This document shows, in pieces, positions 38,161-52,730 of a stretch of 64,000 nt of DNA. The DNA comes from Iphione sp. A-MEVVRFRX5. Lineage: Eukaryota. Position 1 is the first letter of the stretch. Each line of letters opens with the position of its first letter. The notes under the pieces were generated by a model. It made no database searches and was not told where the DNA came from. It was given only the letters and a program-made list of their open reading frames with translations. The DNA lies in the NCBI GenBank assembly GCA_976226885.1, contig OZ320320.1, positions 37,448,001 through 37,512,000 on the forward strand, written 5' to 3'. The position numbers and the translations under genes were made by a program.

Positions 38161-39792
38161 TTTACTCAAAAGGAAGGAAGGGGCACCATTGAGGCTGATG
38201 TTGGCAGCACATGGAGGAGAAGATACTGAAATATGGAATACATTGAAAACATAATATTCTCATAACATGTCCATACGTTATACATGAGACACTATGAGGA
38301 TATATTTCGTTGAAGAATATTATTATTGATATTAGTATTGATACAGAGTCTAACCTTATTATCCGGAAATGTTCTATTCCCAACAATTTATCCGGATAAG
38401 AAACGCCCATTTAAATTCGACGTAAAACTACAGAGAAATGATCATGTCACCTTTTAGGAACATTCATCCAGGTAAAGGGTAATCTAGATATACATTTAGA
38501 TATGCAGATGGCGATACGAAAGTTTTTGATTAGACTCAAATGCATACTTCGGTGTAATGGTACGTCGAATGCGTGTCTGTATAACTAACATGTATCTAAG
38601 ACTTGCTTTGGACAATTAAACTACTCTCAGTATAGAACACTGCAAGGCCTTATAGAATACTAATAAAACTGGTGGACCTGCGAGCTCTATTGTGCCCCAC
38701 CATCCAGTGAATAGAGTGGAACTTATCAGTGTTGTTTGAGTCTGCAAAAAATGACGAAACTCTATGCCTTGTATCTCCAAACTATGTGTGCATTTACGAT
38801 TGTGTGTGTGACTGTGTGTACAGTCTAAGTAAGGAATAACTATTTGTTGGATATTAAGACCAGCTCAAATGCAACAATATTAATCCATTAAGCCTACTTA
38901 GCATCCAATTTGTAATATAATATTTGAACATGAAGCTTTTGCTACACTGGTTTGGCAGTTAAAAGTCTATTAAGGTTGTGATAGAAGGTTGGACTGTCGG
39001 ATAGCAGTATTCCTGAGGTTCTCAACTCCTCTAGTAGGTGGAGGACAAAAACCTTGGATAAGTAAAGCAAGACCCCTACTGAATACGTCTGGATTGACAT
39101 CTGCTAACACTCATAGGTAGTTATTAAACCAATCCGTATTATAAAACTAACTAGACAATAAGTAATTCGCGGAATGGGATGACGATTCCAAGTAAAAGGC
39201 GTCTTCAGAATATATTTAAGACTTATAGAATAAACCTAATCTCTGTAAAATTTTGATAGACCAAAGACTGAGAAAACGTCGAATCTCATTTTTATCCATG
39301 CTGCTTCATGAAGAAAAATACTTTAAATGATTGCCAAATGCACACGTTACCCTTGTAACTGCTCTGAAAGAGAGATTAATTTCCTGTCGCTTCTCAGTGG
39401 TCCGGCTCTATTATACACCTGAACCGTTTTGTGTGCCTCCACACGTTTTTTTTCGTGATGTGGCGATACGTAAAATATAGATGGGGGTAGAAGGAGAGTC
39501 ACATTCTGTGAGGCTAGAAAGTAACACTGTGGAAAGAAAGCAATCTTGGCGAAGCGGGGGTTTCATTTCAATGAGCTATCGATCATTTAATTTGGCATTT
39601 GTCTGCCGCTGTCCCAGCTGCGGACCGGCCAGTTCGCCTAGCATGGTCAGATTGTCTGCAGGCTTGATTAATCAGGGTCGTCCGCCGGAGAGCTGGCCGC
39701 CGTTGGTTGGTCAGCCGAACGGCCGCTTTATTTATTGATGGACTGTGGCACTGTCCCCTCGGTAGACCGTCTCCCTCTCCTCCTCCCCCAAC

Positions 39793-39795
<3 letters not shown>

Positions 39796-39835
<40 letters not shown>

Positions 39836-39857
39836 CTCTATCTCTATCTCTCTCTCT
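39796..39857. repeat. (CT)n microsatellite
   Basis: Read directly. Confidence 0.95.
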
Positions 39858-42800
39858 GATTCCCTCACTATAACCCAAGTTGCCACATTGGGGGTGGGGA
39901 GCTGTTCATTCGTTGGTTTGATAATGCCTGCCCATTACCTCCACCCTAATCGCCAGGGCCGCTGGCTGAATATTGAGCCGGATTCATGCCTTCAGGCCAT
40001 GAGGCCCTCCTGTCGTTCGGGTCGATTCGCTTAGGCTATGGCTGCCGTTCGACCGTTTCCCTCCAAAGGGAACTGCCATCATCCCAAGTGACAACGGCGT
40101 GTCAGTGTGGTGGAGGCAACGCTCCCTGAGGCCTACTGCAGGCATAACCTAGAAACACCGGTAACAAGCGGGAGAAAGGCCAAGAACATGCTGCCCTGGC
40201 AACGATGACAGCTGGCCTTGTCTCCACAAGACACGCAGCGCCTCTGAATGAGCAAATAGTGGGTAGGGAACGTTGTACCAACAGCCAGACAATACATCTT
40301 GTCTTCACTTCATCACAAAGAGCTGCTGTCAAGGGTCTCGGCTCCTGACGTTAAATAAAAGCGCCAACACAGCCAGGAGTCGAAAACAAACTGACAAGCA
40401 ATTGTCTGGCCCTGTCTCGAATGAAATAGGTTTTAGAAACTCAAGTTCTTGATTAAACAAGTATTTTCCAAAGGGCAACTCGACATTTGCTAATTGCATT
40501 CTTCACCCTGCACGTGCATGTTCTACCTAAGATAATTAAGTGAGTTAATCGATAAATGTACCACGTTTTACGCTTCCGTGATCTTCCCTGAAAAATATAT
40601 AACTGCATCTTGATGAATTTGATACTCCTCAGCTACCAAGAGAAGCTTTGTAAGACACTACACCATCTTTCTGAACCTTTTAGCTTTCTTATATTTTAAT
40701 CTCCCGTTGTGTGCGAAGACCCGATGAAATAATGTACGTGAATAGGTAAGGGATGTGTTACGCTATAAATATATAGTGAAAGACTGACTGAAGACAAGCT
40801 ACCTTTGATCACAATCAGGTTAGGGCACTTAAAATATTGCCAAGAAGTTAATTCTATGTTTGAAACAGACGCGAAAGCAGAAATAACAATTTTTTGTGTT
40901 GCATGTAGTCGTACTTTTACACCATTTGCGATATGAATATATGTAACAGAGTTGATCTAAGCTTCCTATATTGTACATACGTGAGAAAACACAGCCTATA
41001 TAAAGCATTTCTATAGTACAGGTTGTTTTGATCAAAACCACGGATGACCGCAATTGGAGGCGGTATACATATTTCCCTGCTCGGATCGACCAGTGCTAGA
41101 CTAATTTGGAAACAGCCTTTACGGAGCCCATAACTACAGGGCCATAATAATCTCAGCTCCATTGGCAATCTGCACATAAAATACAATTTTCCTCCAAGAA
41201 GCACCGTAAACATAATATGTCCCACGAGGATAGGCTTCCAGGCCGTTATTGGTTTTACACAACAATCTGTGGTGGAGAACCCATCTAGCCGAGACTAACA
41301 GTAGAATCTCCCACGGGGTTAAATATGCCACGCGCCGAAATCATGTTCCCAGGTCTGGCCTGAAGCATACTCTCCCTTGGGCTTCGAAGCAGTGAGGGGG
41401 CCCGGTTCAGGAGGTCGGACCCTGGGGGGTTCGCCGAGTTCCACAATGTGGCTTTGGTATGCGTTCGCCATAGTGCCTGTTCTTGGAAATCGATATACTA
41501 TAGGCTCTTCTACTCAGTGCTGCCTTTTGGATAAAAAAAAATCTGGGTTCATCTCTCTTGCTAACCTTTTTGTCTTATAATTACTTTTTTTGTCGTTGTT
41601 CAACTGATCTGTTCACTATTGTGTCCTGGTTCTCTCTCGGTGTCCCATCTTATCACTGTTTTTTCCCTTTTCTCGCTTGTTTTCCTTACGCCTCCTCTCC
41701 CGTTGGAGCGGAGCCCTTCCGGGCTGCCCCACATGCTACTGTAAACACCTTGACCCGGCCCGAGTTGCTGAAGGACTTCCAAAGAACTGCTCACTTGCTG
41801 GGGCATGCCCCAAACAACTGCTTATGAGGCGCCTGGGTCATAGAGCAGTAAGATGGGAGGTTAACGTCTGGCATTGAGAGTGGATGGGTCACTCTTGGTG
41901 AATATTCTAGGCTTCTGGAAAGACAAGAAAACAACAGTAGTTCACTGCGGGTTTTTACACCTAACCATACGTACTCTTACTAAGAGTAGTGTGTATTTGT
42001 TTTCATAACCATAATATAAAGATCTGCCAAATACATAACACTATCATTAATATTTTGCATTATCGTCAGTGATCAGTAATCATAAAATATATCCTATTTC
42101 TATTTATTGAAGGCTTAAGGGAGAGTACAGGCATTGCACATTCGTTGGGACTGAATGGCAGTATTGGGCAGGATTAATCTGTCTAAAACCCCCCTCGTGA
42201 TCTGTTCTCTTAAATCCCCTCTCATCCCATCCTACTGAAACCTATTCAGGTGGATTCTCGAACAAACGGTGAAACACTGCCAAAGATATCGAAACACAAG
42301 TCATGGCAGGACATTGCCAAAAGCAGTCTAGGTCTTTTTTCTCTCTCTGGCTTCAAAAAGGGGTTGATTCGTCCATTGTTTTCCTGGCTTCACATAATCA
42401 TTCGTGGCGAGTACTGCCTAATTCCATATAAACATGCTGAAAGCTGGTACTCCAAAAAGGATCAGGAGGAATGTGATCCTTCACATTAGGGACACTGTTT
42501 GAAAACGTGCCGCCTTCTGATGATTCCGAACTGTCATTCGTGTGAGGAATTTGATGATGATCCAGAGATCGATGCAAGCAAACAAAGGCGGCCATTTGGG
42601 AGCATGCCGAAAGAGCAGGCCATGTGTATGGATAGGGGTGGGGTGGGTGGAAAGGACAGGACTGGTGGGACGGTGGATTTGGGACGCTGGGAGAAGCCTG
42701 TCTGAGATGGTATTAAGACGCTCGGCTCTGTAGGATGAGCCGGAGCGGTGATTTCGTTTGGCAGGATAGGCGAACGTGAAAACAGGATGGTTGGGGAGGC

Positions 42801-43277
42801 GGGGGGATTGGGAATGAGAGGAACAGTGCTGGTGATGTGAGGTAGAAGGATGACTCTGTTGGGAGATAGGTGATGGAGGATGCCGCCTGCAGACTGACAC
42901 TCGGGCTGGCAGCAGGGAATGTAGGAAGATGACAGGGCTTGCCCGTTCGAAATGAATACGTGCAGGTGATCTGGGAGGAGGACAAGGGCAACTAGGGCGA
43001 GATGTGCTGTAGCGAAGGGTATTATTATTTCTTTTTCGCCACCCAAGTCTCACATTACCTTTCTTTACGTTTGCCCCCGTCAGTCTCCTGTATAGGAAAA
43101 GGGCGTGAGGGGCACCAGAGAATTCCCGGGAGGGGGAGGGGGTGTTCCCAGTTGGTAGGGTGTAACCATGGATCTATGTGACCATCCTGTAAGCTCACAG
43201 ATCCCGACTGATTGGAGGCTAATTCACCAGACGTTTTCCCACGTGAATGCCTGGTGCACACAGACTGTATCCGTCGT

Positions 43278-43320
43278 TGGTCGGTCGGTCGGCTGGTCGG
43301 CTGGTCGGTCGGTCAGTCGG
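43278..43320. repeat. (GGTC)n-type microsatellite
   Basis: TGGTCGGTCGGTCGGCTGGTCGG... read directly. Confidence 0.9.
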
Positions 43321-43515
43321 TTGTGGATCCCACACAACCCACTCCTCATTCGCCACCCCTCCGCACACCACATCCTTACCACCTCCACTCGGCTTTTCAA
43401 TAATCCCACTGATCGCATGTCCCGATACAAGATAAGCCAGGCAGGGGGTGGACAGGAATTCGTTGGGGATTAACCAAATGATGTGCACTTGGGACTGCGT
43501 ATGTTATTTGTTTAT

Positions 43516-43517
<2 letters not shown>

Positions 43518-43546
<29 letters not shown>
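43518..43546. repeat. (TG)n microsatellite
   Basis: Read directly. Confidence 0.95.
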
Positions 43547-43550
<4 letters not shown>

Positions 43551-46500
43551 GCATCTGTTATAGTTCAGTTTCCGCAGTATTCTCTGTGGTCATGTACATG
43601 TACATGTACTTGGAATATGTCCTTTTTGTGGTAACAGATGTGAACGTGTCCTGGTTCGAGGATGCCTGTGCGTGCTTTGTTTTCCACTCCATCATGTATA
43701 ATCAACACGTGTATGGGTTTGCACGTGTGTATGTGTATGATACTGATGATGTCGGTAGTTTGCATCCCGAGATGTTTCCAGACGTGATCAGGATTACAGT
43801 ATCTCATCAGGACTGTCACCAGTCTTTTCGAGCGTGCTTGAGAAAGTATGAGATGTGAAAGAAGCCGGAGTGTGAAAGCGGACGGAGAGAATTCGGTGAC
43901 ATTTGTTTGCGCGTGTCGGTGCAAACTATGTTTCTGAATGTCTTTGAGTATGACACATGTCTGCACTTCCTTTGTGCAGATACTTACCCTTCATACGTCT
44001 TTTTACCTCGGTGAAAGGAAGGTGAGGGCTGTCTTCCTCTACATCTTTCTTGTGGGTGCGTATGTGTATGTGTGCGTGTGCACCCTTCGATCTGCCGGCG
44101 TGCTCAGGCCGATGCTGCCCAGCAGGCCGTTGTAGCGGGTGCGTGCTTGTGCCGTCTCAGGCCACCTTTGATGGCGCCCGCCGAATGAATCGACAATAAT
44201 TGCGCGCTCACACGTCCGCGGCGCTAGGAGAGCTTCACACCATGTGTGTAGGCACGGGGGGGGGGGACTAGGAAGTTGGTAGTAGTATGTTGTAGGGTCA
44301 TATAACCCAGGCGCGTTCTGTGTCGACGGGGCAACCGTCAGTAGAAACAGTAGTATGTAAGTGTTGGGTGTATACCCGATAGGTGGCGCCTTTTATTAGC
44401 TCACTTTACTCACCGTCCTAATGAGTCAATCTACAAGAGATAATTATTGTGTGATTGTCTGGTGGTCCTACATCTCGGCCCTAATTGACGGTTGCTATCT
44501 TGCAAAGAGACTGTCGAACACGCCACTGTAACTTTTCGTCTTTTACTTTCTTCTCTCTTGCGACGCACAGAGATATGTAAAGCCTTGACGTCACGTTAAT
44601 TGCTATTTCCTAATGTCAGAGACGTGAGCCATGGTCTGGAAACCTTCATTTTACTATAATTACTTTTCTTAACTATGGTATAAAGATGTAAAACTAAGTC
44701 TTCGTAGGGCTCATCTGTCCCCGTTACGTGAAATTGCATGTTTGTCTTGATAGTTGAGAACTGGCGTCGAAAATGTACACCAATAATGAAAAAAAGATAT
44801 CGCATTTGTCCAGACAGAGAAATGTCCAGCCAATACGGATCATAAAAGCCTTACTTGAGTGTCGTATCAAAGAGGAAACCGAACCTATTTACTGATCGAA
44901 CGGCTGAGCACTGAAGGACAGGGTGAACACCCACTGAAGGTCTTCCTCGCTTTAAGTGGACGCACCGCGAGTATATCGATCAGTCTCCGCCATTTGGTAA
45001 GAACAGAGCCGCTAAGTGCCATCCAAACTCCAGGAGGGATTTACGGGTCAAAAAGAGCCAGGTCAAGTCAACAAAAGTGGCTATGGTGGCCAGTGGTGAA
45101 CAGCTCTTGCTAACTCTTTCTTACTGCTCTTGAGACAGCAAGCCTAGCATCAGGTTCACCTCTCGGGGATGGACTTGCTAAGGAAAATGGTTTCAGTCTG
45201 AGTGGTTCAGAGCTCCTCGTATCGATTATCCGGAGTCTTGGTAAAGAAAGCCGGAGCTACAGACTCTGGGTCGACTGATCTGGAGGCCCATCTGATCCGT
45301 GTTGACTGCCACGTCAAGTTGCTGGACAGAGAGACAGCAATCCCCGACTGGAGTGATTTATATCACGGTTAAATAGGTCCAACTTTGTTGTTTCCATCTC
45401 ATGTGAGTGTGATGTATCAGAACAATTGTGTAATTAAAAACCGGACACAACGACAGAGTTTCTTTCTCGTGTGATCAGTGACATCAGAAATCCATGCATG
45501 TACATAAAGGCATATGTATTCAAATATACATACACCTATGCATTTACATGTATATATTTACATATATGGGGCAAAGAGGTTGGATAGCAACTCCTAATAT
45601 CCATAGGAATTCAATAAATTCTATTTTTCCGGTGCAGACCTGAAAATTGTCTTCATTTAAGCTCTCCATGAAGAATATTCATAAACTGATAAAACATCAC
45701 AGGATAGCAATACTGAATCGTCAGATCTAGATTTTATCAATGCTAACATGCCACTCATCAATCTTCCTAAATATTTAACAGGCTTATATAAAAAATGAAA
45801 GATCACCCGATGAACGCCAAGCTTGTCATATTCAAGGCGAGGAATTCGCGATTCTGGGAATGTGGTGCTAAGAACTAAATAACATTTCCATTGATCATTT
45901 CCAGATGGGGAATCATAGAGACTTTCTGGTGTTAGTTTTCGAAATAATCACCGAATGCGGACAGGAAACAGGTAAGGTCGCATTTATACAGAATCGAGAC
46001 ATAAATGTAGAGGTAAATCTCCCTCGCGTAATTCTGGAAGGCATTTAACGAAGATCAGCGAGGAATATAGAAATATTTCAAGTGTTAAACAAGCATCTTT
46101 AATGGCCTCTTTATCACCGTCTATTCATTTCCCAGGTCCCCGTTTTTTTCCATACCAACACCGATTCCCTGCAATCGCCTCCAATAGTAAAAGACAGCAA
46201 ATTTCATTCTTCCAATCCAATCGGCTTATTCCGATTGATTTGGACTGAAAGACGCCGAGTGAGGAGTAGGGAAAAAATTATCTATGAGCGGGCGGCGACA
46301 TTATCGGCGGTAAAAGTGGGCACTGCGCGAATTATTTGTAAAATACGTCGTGCTAATTAGAGCAGCCGGCGCGGAGGGAGGGACAAAGAAAGGCTGGTGT
46401 GCCTGCTGTGTTAATGAGAGGGAGCCCCTTGTCCCGTAGCGGCAGCCAGTTAGTAGTAAGCAGTATGTGGAAAGAGCCGTTTGTCTCGGGCTCTTAATTA

Positions 46501-46819
46501 CCGGTGCTGGTTCTTCGGGCGCTATTAGGGCGCCACAATATGCCACGGCACGACCGTAATCTGCCTGCGATATGAATCTGCCCGTGTGTACGTGTGATTT
46601 CTGCGACAGCCAACTGGCCTGTATCCTCCATCACCACCCACCCACCCCTACCTCTCTAGTCCGAGCCGTACTGCCGGTACTGTGCGTCGAGCGGTTCGAA
46701 GGGGAGGGGGAGGGATACAAACAGACGGACAGAAGGGGAAGGAAGCCGAGGATGCGGGGGGGGAGCCCAGTTACAAACACTACAAAGGGTCTAATGGGGC
46801 CCGGACGTCACCATTAATT

Positions 46820-47290
46820 ACTAAAGGCTATGGTAGGTAGATATTTGGTGGACGTGGTGGTAGTTATTATAGGGTTGGCAGTTCTTGCAGGCAGTGGTGG
46901 TTATTGCGAAGTGCTAGTGATGTTGGTGGTAGGGATAGTTACTTTTATAGCAATAGTGATAGTATCAGTGATGGAGTTAGGGAAAATACCTGTGGTGGAG
47001 GTGACTTTGGTAGTGGCTGCAGTGGTGGTGATGATGGTGGTCGTTGGTTTTGTAGTAGCAAGTAGTATTTGTTGCAATAGTAGTCACTGCAGTAGCAGTA
47101 GTGGTGGCAGGAGTGATAGTTACGGTATTGCTATAGAAAGCTACTTCACCAGTTGCAGTAGTGTCAGTTGTTTCTTTTTACAATAGTGGTGATTGTAATG
47201 TTATTTAGTCATCTATCGTTGAAATGTCATTGTGATTTCCGTAGCAGTAGTAGTAGTGGCAGTGGTCATTTGATGATTGCTAATGTGGAT
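46820..47290. repeat. Degenerate (GTA/GTG)n low-complexity block
   Basis: GTAGTG/GTGGTG periodicity; source of the Val-rich 46830-47186 pseudo-ORF. Confidence 0.8.
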
Positions 47291-49449
47291 GAAGAAGGAC
47301 TCATAGCGGTAGAAGAAGGATAGCAAATGGCTTGCAAAGAGATTTGGAGGAAACCATCATTTCTGACCACAACATAATCCAAAAAAGAACAAATTCTCAC
47401 CTATATAGGTAGAATACAGCGAGCGAGCTCTATATAAACAAGTAAAAGTACGCTTTTGTCCTAAGGAAACCTTCTCTATTACCAACTATAATAGACAACA
47501 TTTTTTCCAACGAGAATTCTCTTGCTCCATTCTCTCTCCCACCCTCTTATAGATGATTAATACTATAATCTGCTGCCTTATTAATGAAAAACGAGGCCGC
47601 ACATTTCAGGGACCACAAGCTTCTATGCTGGTCAACATTAGCAGAAAGAAAGCCTTAATTATTTTACCCTTCTAGCAAGCTCTATTGGAAAGGTCCACTC
47701 AAGGGAAGTGAAGGTCAAAGATAAAGGCAGGTCAACAACACTGCTTCAATACACGCGATGAGACTCTAAGGTGTTGAGGAGATAGAAAACGAAAATTGAG
47801 ACTGTACATTTATCAAAAAGGTCTGCAGTTGCTTTCAACACGTGCATGAGTGTAAGCATACTAAAACATAAGCATATAATATATGCCAGTGGCGACGAGG
47901 GGAAGCACAAGGGAGAGGGGTCGGGACTACTTTTGTCGGTTTTGTCGGTACCCAACTAAGGTCATCTGTGGGTACAAATCAGCATTCCTCACACGCTCAA
48001 ACGGCGGTTCCTCTAGGGAACAAAGAAATTAGGACTGGAGGTAGCCCGGAAGGATGGGGGCACTTGCCATGCGACGTCCGTCCAGAGCGCACATGGCTTA
48101 CAGAGAAGGAATATGGCGTACACGCCTCGTTCTTGTCCGTATCAAAGCCTTTTTATTTTGTGATTTTCAGCCTGCGTCGACTGGGAGCCATCCGGCTGCG
48201 CTGGTTTGATGCGGGACTGGCCCGGACACCGGCGGAGCAGTGTGCGAACGCTGATACGGCCAGCCGCCCTCCACCCGCCGCCAATTCGCATGCGCAACGG
48301 GTTTTCCGCCAGACCGCGCCACTGTATCGGCCCCCAGTCCTCATCGGACCTTACCAACTGACTATGTACCGTCTACCGCGCTGCTTTCCTCTTTCTGCTC
48401 TGGGGACCACTGCCCTTGCTATCCATACATTCGCTTGTTCCTGTTGTCGTCAACGTGGCCAATTTCCTAGGTTTGTGTCAGTTTTGCTCTAAATGTGTTT
48501 CAATTCTCTCCATCATTCCCACTTGTGCCGATTATACTGAATTTACACTGACTAGAATGCATACTGGAAGATACAAGGTTTTAGCAATACTTTAAGATTT
48601 ACATAGTCGATCTTAACAAGTTTGTAAAAGAAAGACCTTATTGTCTGCTGTTTTTATATGATCACCTACATGTATTTAGTTACGATTCTTAAACCGTTCA
48701 AATGTCCTGTCATCATTAAACACCAAGGCCTTAATACAGGTTTTATTCATGAGAAGCCGTACCCATAGGGTTAAAGTTGACATTGTCTGATTTTTTGAAG
48801 ATCCAATTTAAAGGACTCCTAGGCACACGATACTACAGTATGTTTCCTAGAGCTTATATTGCTGTCAACAAAGGTTGGCTGATATTGTTCCCGAAAGCAG
48901 ACCATTATCAGGGTTCCTACTGTTTTATTCAATCAAATGACATGTTCAGAATTTTATAATTGCTATATACATGTGGTCTATTTTTTTCTGGAAGGGTTAG
49001 GGTAAGTCTCACATACAAAGATCAATTACAAATATTATACTAACATCATGGAGAACAGAATAAAGTGTCACCATCAGGGGAAGTAAACGTTTGTAAGCAT
49101 AGAATGGGGTGTAGATGTATTAATTGCACTCTGCCAGTAATAAAACTTGATATAGGATACGTGTATGGTTTTGCTGAATTTAATTAACATGAGGTACTGA
49201 ACGATGATTACATGTCGGCTGATATCATTGTAGTTTATAGATCAGCATTACAGATAACGTTTGGGGATGGCATTTCTCCAATTTTCCTTAGACAAATTGT
49301 CACTCGGGAATTTCATCCGTTGACATTTAAACGTCATTTATCTTGAAAAGTATTATACGGAGATAGTACATGTATACATTTTCAGATTAGCTATGTTTTG
49401 ATGGTAGTTATGTTTAATGCTTTGGCCTCAGGCCAACACTGGCCTGGAT

Positions 49450-49870
49450 CTGTGCTTCTAATCTTCTGGACATGATGTTACACAGCACTAATTGTGATAG
49501 AAAATATATCGTAAGGAATAATGCTTTTAAAGTACTGTGAAATGTATAGTGTACAGTTAAAAGTTGTCAAGTAAACTCTTGTATGAAGTACTTTTAAGTG
49601 TGCAAGCAAAATTTTTCATCTAAGGTACTTATGTTCTTGGAATCAGCTTGTAGTGGAAACCTTTCCTGTAGAACAGTGTAATGACATTGTATTTTAGCAT
49701 TAAGTTGCATGTGAACAAGATAGTTCTTATTTTCTCCATCTTTTGAGGTACCCTGGATACTTGGCGTTGTGATGTCATGATGGTAAAATGTGTGACAACT
49801 ATTGTTGACTACTTCAATTTTATGTTCATATCACTGGTGATACTTCCATTAATCGTCTTGCTCGTCTCCC
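49450..49870 (-). mobile_element. Possible decayed LINE RT C-terminal fragment
   Basis: Weak collinear remnants IN..ITSD.NIKL, LKR.EK, MQLNAK (49693-49710), EHKYL (49622-49636). The catalytic YADD is not preserved. Confidence 0.35.
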
Positions 49871-51559
49871 TGGCCTGGCCGTAGCAGTACTTTCATACAG
49901 TCATGTTAATCTTCTCTGCCACTGTTAAACCAGGTGCTGACCTTCGCTTGCTTTTTATGACCACGTGGCTAGTATTTTACCTCATTTTGCGTTGAATGCT
50001 GAAAGGTTAAAACAGAAAACTGCCGCTAATTTGCATTGCTTTTCTCAAATGCTACTTTTTTCCACGTTACTACGTTTTATTTTATAAGTCACCGAGGCTT
50101 TACATGTTGATCATCCCATTACTTGAGTCTATTGCTCTTCTGCTTTCCTCTTCCCCAGCGCTTGCTGTCCTGTTAATGATCGCTATTGACTTCCCAGCTA
50201 ATTACCACTATCGCTATTATAACTATTTTATTTTAATTTCACTTTACCCCTGAGCCCCATTGTGATATTACTTCAACTAATCTCACTGAAGACATTATAA
50301 CGATGTCTTGGAAACCTATTAGGACCTACTTCTGCTTCGCTGTTTCACTGCATTATTAAATGCGTGCTACGTGTGGTAACGGTCTTGTTCTCCCGTCTGT
50401 TCTGACACATCCGACTGCTACCCAATCGTCTGATCCCTGTACTCATCTGGCATGTATTATATCCTTCTACCACCACCATCACCACCACAATTATTAATAC
50501 CCCTGCCGCCCCCTCTGTCTCTACGAGCGCCCTCTACTCTCCAGTAGCCCATCCCAGGTGCTGCGCATGTATGGATAATAATAGCCGCGCATAAGAGACT
50601 ACCGTTTCCATGAAGACACACTTCCGCCGAGGCCAAAGACGCAGTCAATCCTAATGAACAGTAAGAAAAGCTTTCATCTTCACCGTACAACCATTATCCC
50701 TCGCATCACTGTTGCCATCTGAATATAGGGGAGCACATAAACATAAAATGTCGACATTGAAAGCGACTGTCAAGCTTAACTGTTCAGGGAGTACCCTCAC
50801 TCTCCTACTTTGTCTCTCGTGGACATCACTAATTCAGGGCGAGGTCTACCTCACCCGTATGGCTGCCAACAATGCTTGTTCAGCCACCACTGCACCCTGA
50901 TGGCGGGCTTGCTGCCGTCGCCACCTAATCCACTAGTACGTTCTCGCCCCCTCCCCTCCTTTCCCCCCAACGCATCCCTATCCCCCGTCGCAGGTGGCAG
51001 TAGGTTGCATGCTTCAAAGGCCCAGGGCCCGGATCCTTCGTATGGTGTCCAATTTGTTGCCGGACGAAAGGGCGGACGTGAACGGGCAGGAGATGGACGG
51101 TCGAGCGGGCTGGTCGCTGCGATTTGCCTCGCTGGATCTGGCACAGTGCGTAGGTCATGCTGCCCGTGTTATAATTTATGCGCTGTACTTACGGAAGATA
51201 ACAGCAGCCGCGCAGAGCATTGTCACAATCCCTCTGACAGCATGTGTTGTGATATACTACCCAATCGATAATGGACACTTCGAATCATCTAGCTAGTAAT
51301 ACGTGCGTAAGCTATTGTTGAAAAAACATGAAATACCTGCGAAGAAAAAATTTAGAATTGAGGATGTTTGTACCTTCAAGACAATGTCAATAATTGTCAG
51401 TTAGGAAAGCCGAACGTACACTTTCCATGAAATAAATGTATATTAATTCCATAATTAACATTATCATTTGAATATATCCATATTAATACCAGATGTAAAT
51501 GGATTCTATAGGCTAGATCCATGGACGGGGGGGGGTCTCTTTTACCTCCAACATCGACT

Positions 51560-51960
51560 AGAGGACCTTCTTTCCGGATCCTACCACACAGATTGCACTC
51601 CGCCGGTGAGGCTTGGGGTTACAAATGGGTTCCGGAAGTGATATTATCGCACCCGACTGGAGAGACGGCGACTTCCGGCCCGCTTGGATGTACAGCGTCC
51701 GCCAAGCGGAGACACTTTCAATAGTACCCCCCCCCCCTCTGTTAACTGTAGTGTCCCCACCTGGCGGTGATGGCGCGCCGTTCAATAAGGAAAGGGACCC
51801 ACAGTCAGTTGGGGGGGCGCCATCAAACGTTAGGTTGTTTACATCGCAGGATGGCTTTGCCTGTTTACTTTACTTGTCGTTAGGAATCGATCATCACAAA
51901 CATGACCGCTCGTCGGAGTCGGAGTCGTCGATGGGCGGCAGCGCGGCCGGTGCCCGGCTG
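51560..51960. promoter_or_regulatory. GC-rich putative regulatory island
   Basis: Two ETS-type sites (TTCCGGAAGTG, ACTTCCGG), a CTCF-like motif (51754-51767), and forkhead-type TGTTTAC sites (about 51835 and 51862). Confidence 0.35.
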
Positions 51961-52119
51961 GCCGAACACAACCCTGTCATCGCCATTTTCGGGTAGGCTA
52001 GAGGGGGTCAGGGGTCATCACCTGCAAGGGGGATTGGAGGTTTGCCGAAGAACTGTTTGCAGAGGGATGATATTTCTGATCCCCTAGACCTGACACGGAA
52101 CTATCTTTCACCCGTTACA

Positions 52120-52730
52120 GGCATTGATGTGTCTTGAACGCGAGTGGTGCTATCCCCTGTATTTGTCCGTTCCCCGAGTGGGTAACTTCTTGATTGTTTG
52201 TATAAGAGTATGATGTGAATTGGACCGTGGATTGATAATTTTATTTATAGGAATATAATGGCTATTATAAACTAAACTACCCATACCACATCAGTTGTTT
52301 CTTCAAAGGAAGGTACTTCTGCTTTAGATGACCTATGTCTACAAGATGAATTGAATTTGGATTTTTATTATTGCCTTAGTAAATTGTTTTATTCTGTCCT
52401 CCATAAAGACATGCGATTGATATGAATGATCTGTCTGGTATATTACCAGAAAACTGTGTACTATTGTTCGGCTTTTTGGGGATGACTTTGCCACATGATC
52501 TTAGGTATTTTGCAAATATAAACAGGGACTTTATAACGGATCACTCTTCTTTACTTAGATGGACTCAAGATGGTTTTCACGATGTTTATTTTGCTTAGTC
52601 AAATCGTACTGTAGAAGGGAAAAATATATTCAATACCATTAAGCTGAGACTTGTACCAGAACCAGTTCAGATATAACAGATACATTGCTTGGAGTACTTC
52701 GTATCTGAGGCATACTAAAATGACTTACCC
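52120..52730 (+). mobile_element. Heavily decayed LINE reverse transcriptase fragment
   Basis: Collinear RT-like remnants across stops and frameshifts: IDV...LL..L, WIDNFIYR (52228), SVL....LI, MNDL (52422), VRLFGDD (52466-52486), DHSSLLRW, LLGVL. Confidence 0.6.

Noticed and set aside
42481-43053. Overlapping 170-190 aa minus-strand ORFs
   Set aside because: Pro/Ser-rich frames from G-rich sequence; no recognisable domain.
46830-47186. Hydrophobic 118-aa ORF resembling a membrane protein
   Set aside because: Product of the (GTA/GTG)n cryptic repeat.
47968-48492. 174-aa ORF with a good acceptor at 48170
   Set aside because: GC-rich island with no recognisable protein and no clear donor; more likely regulatory.
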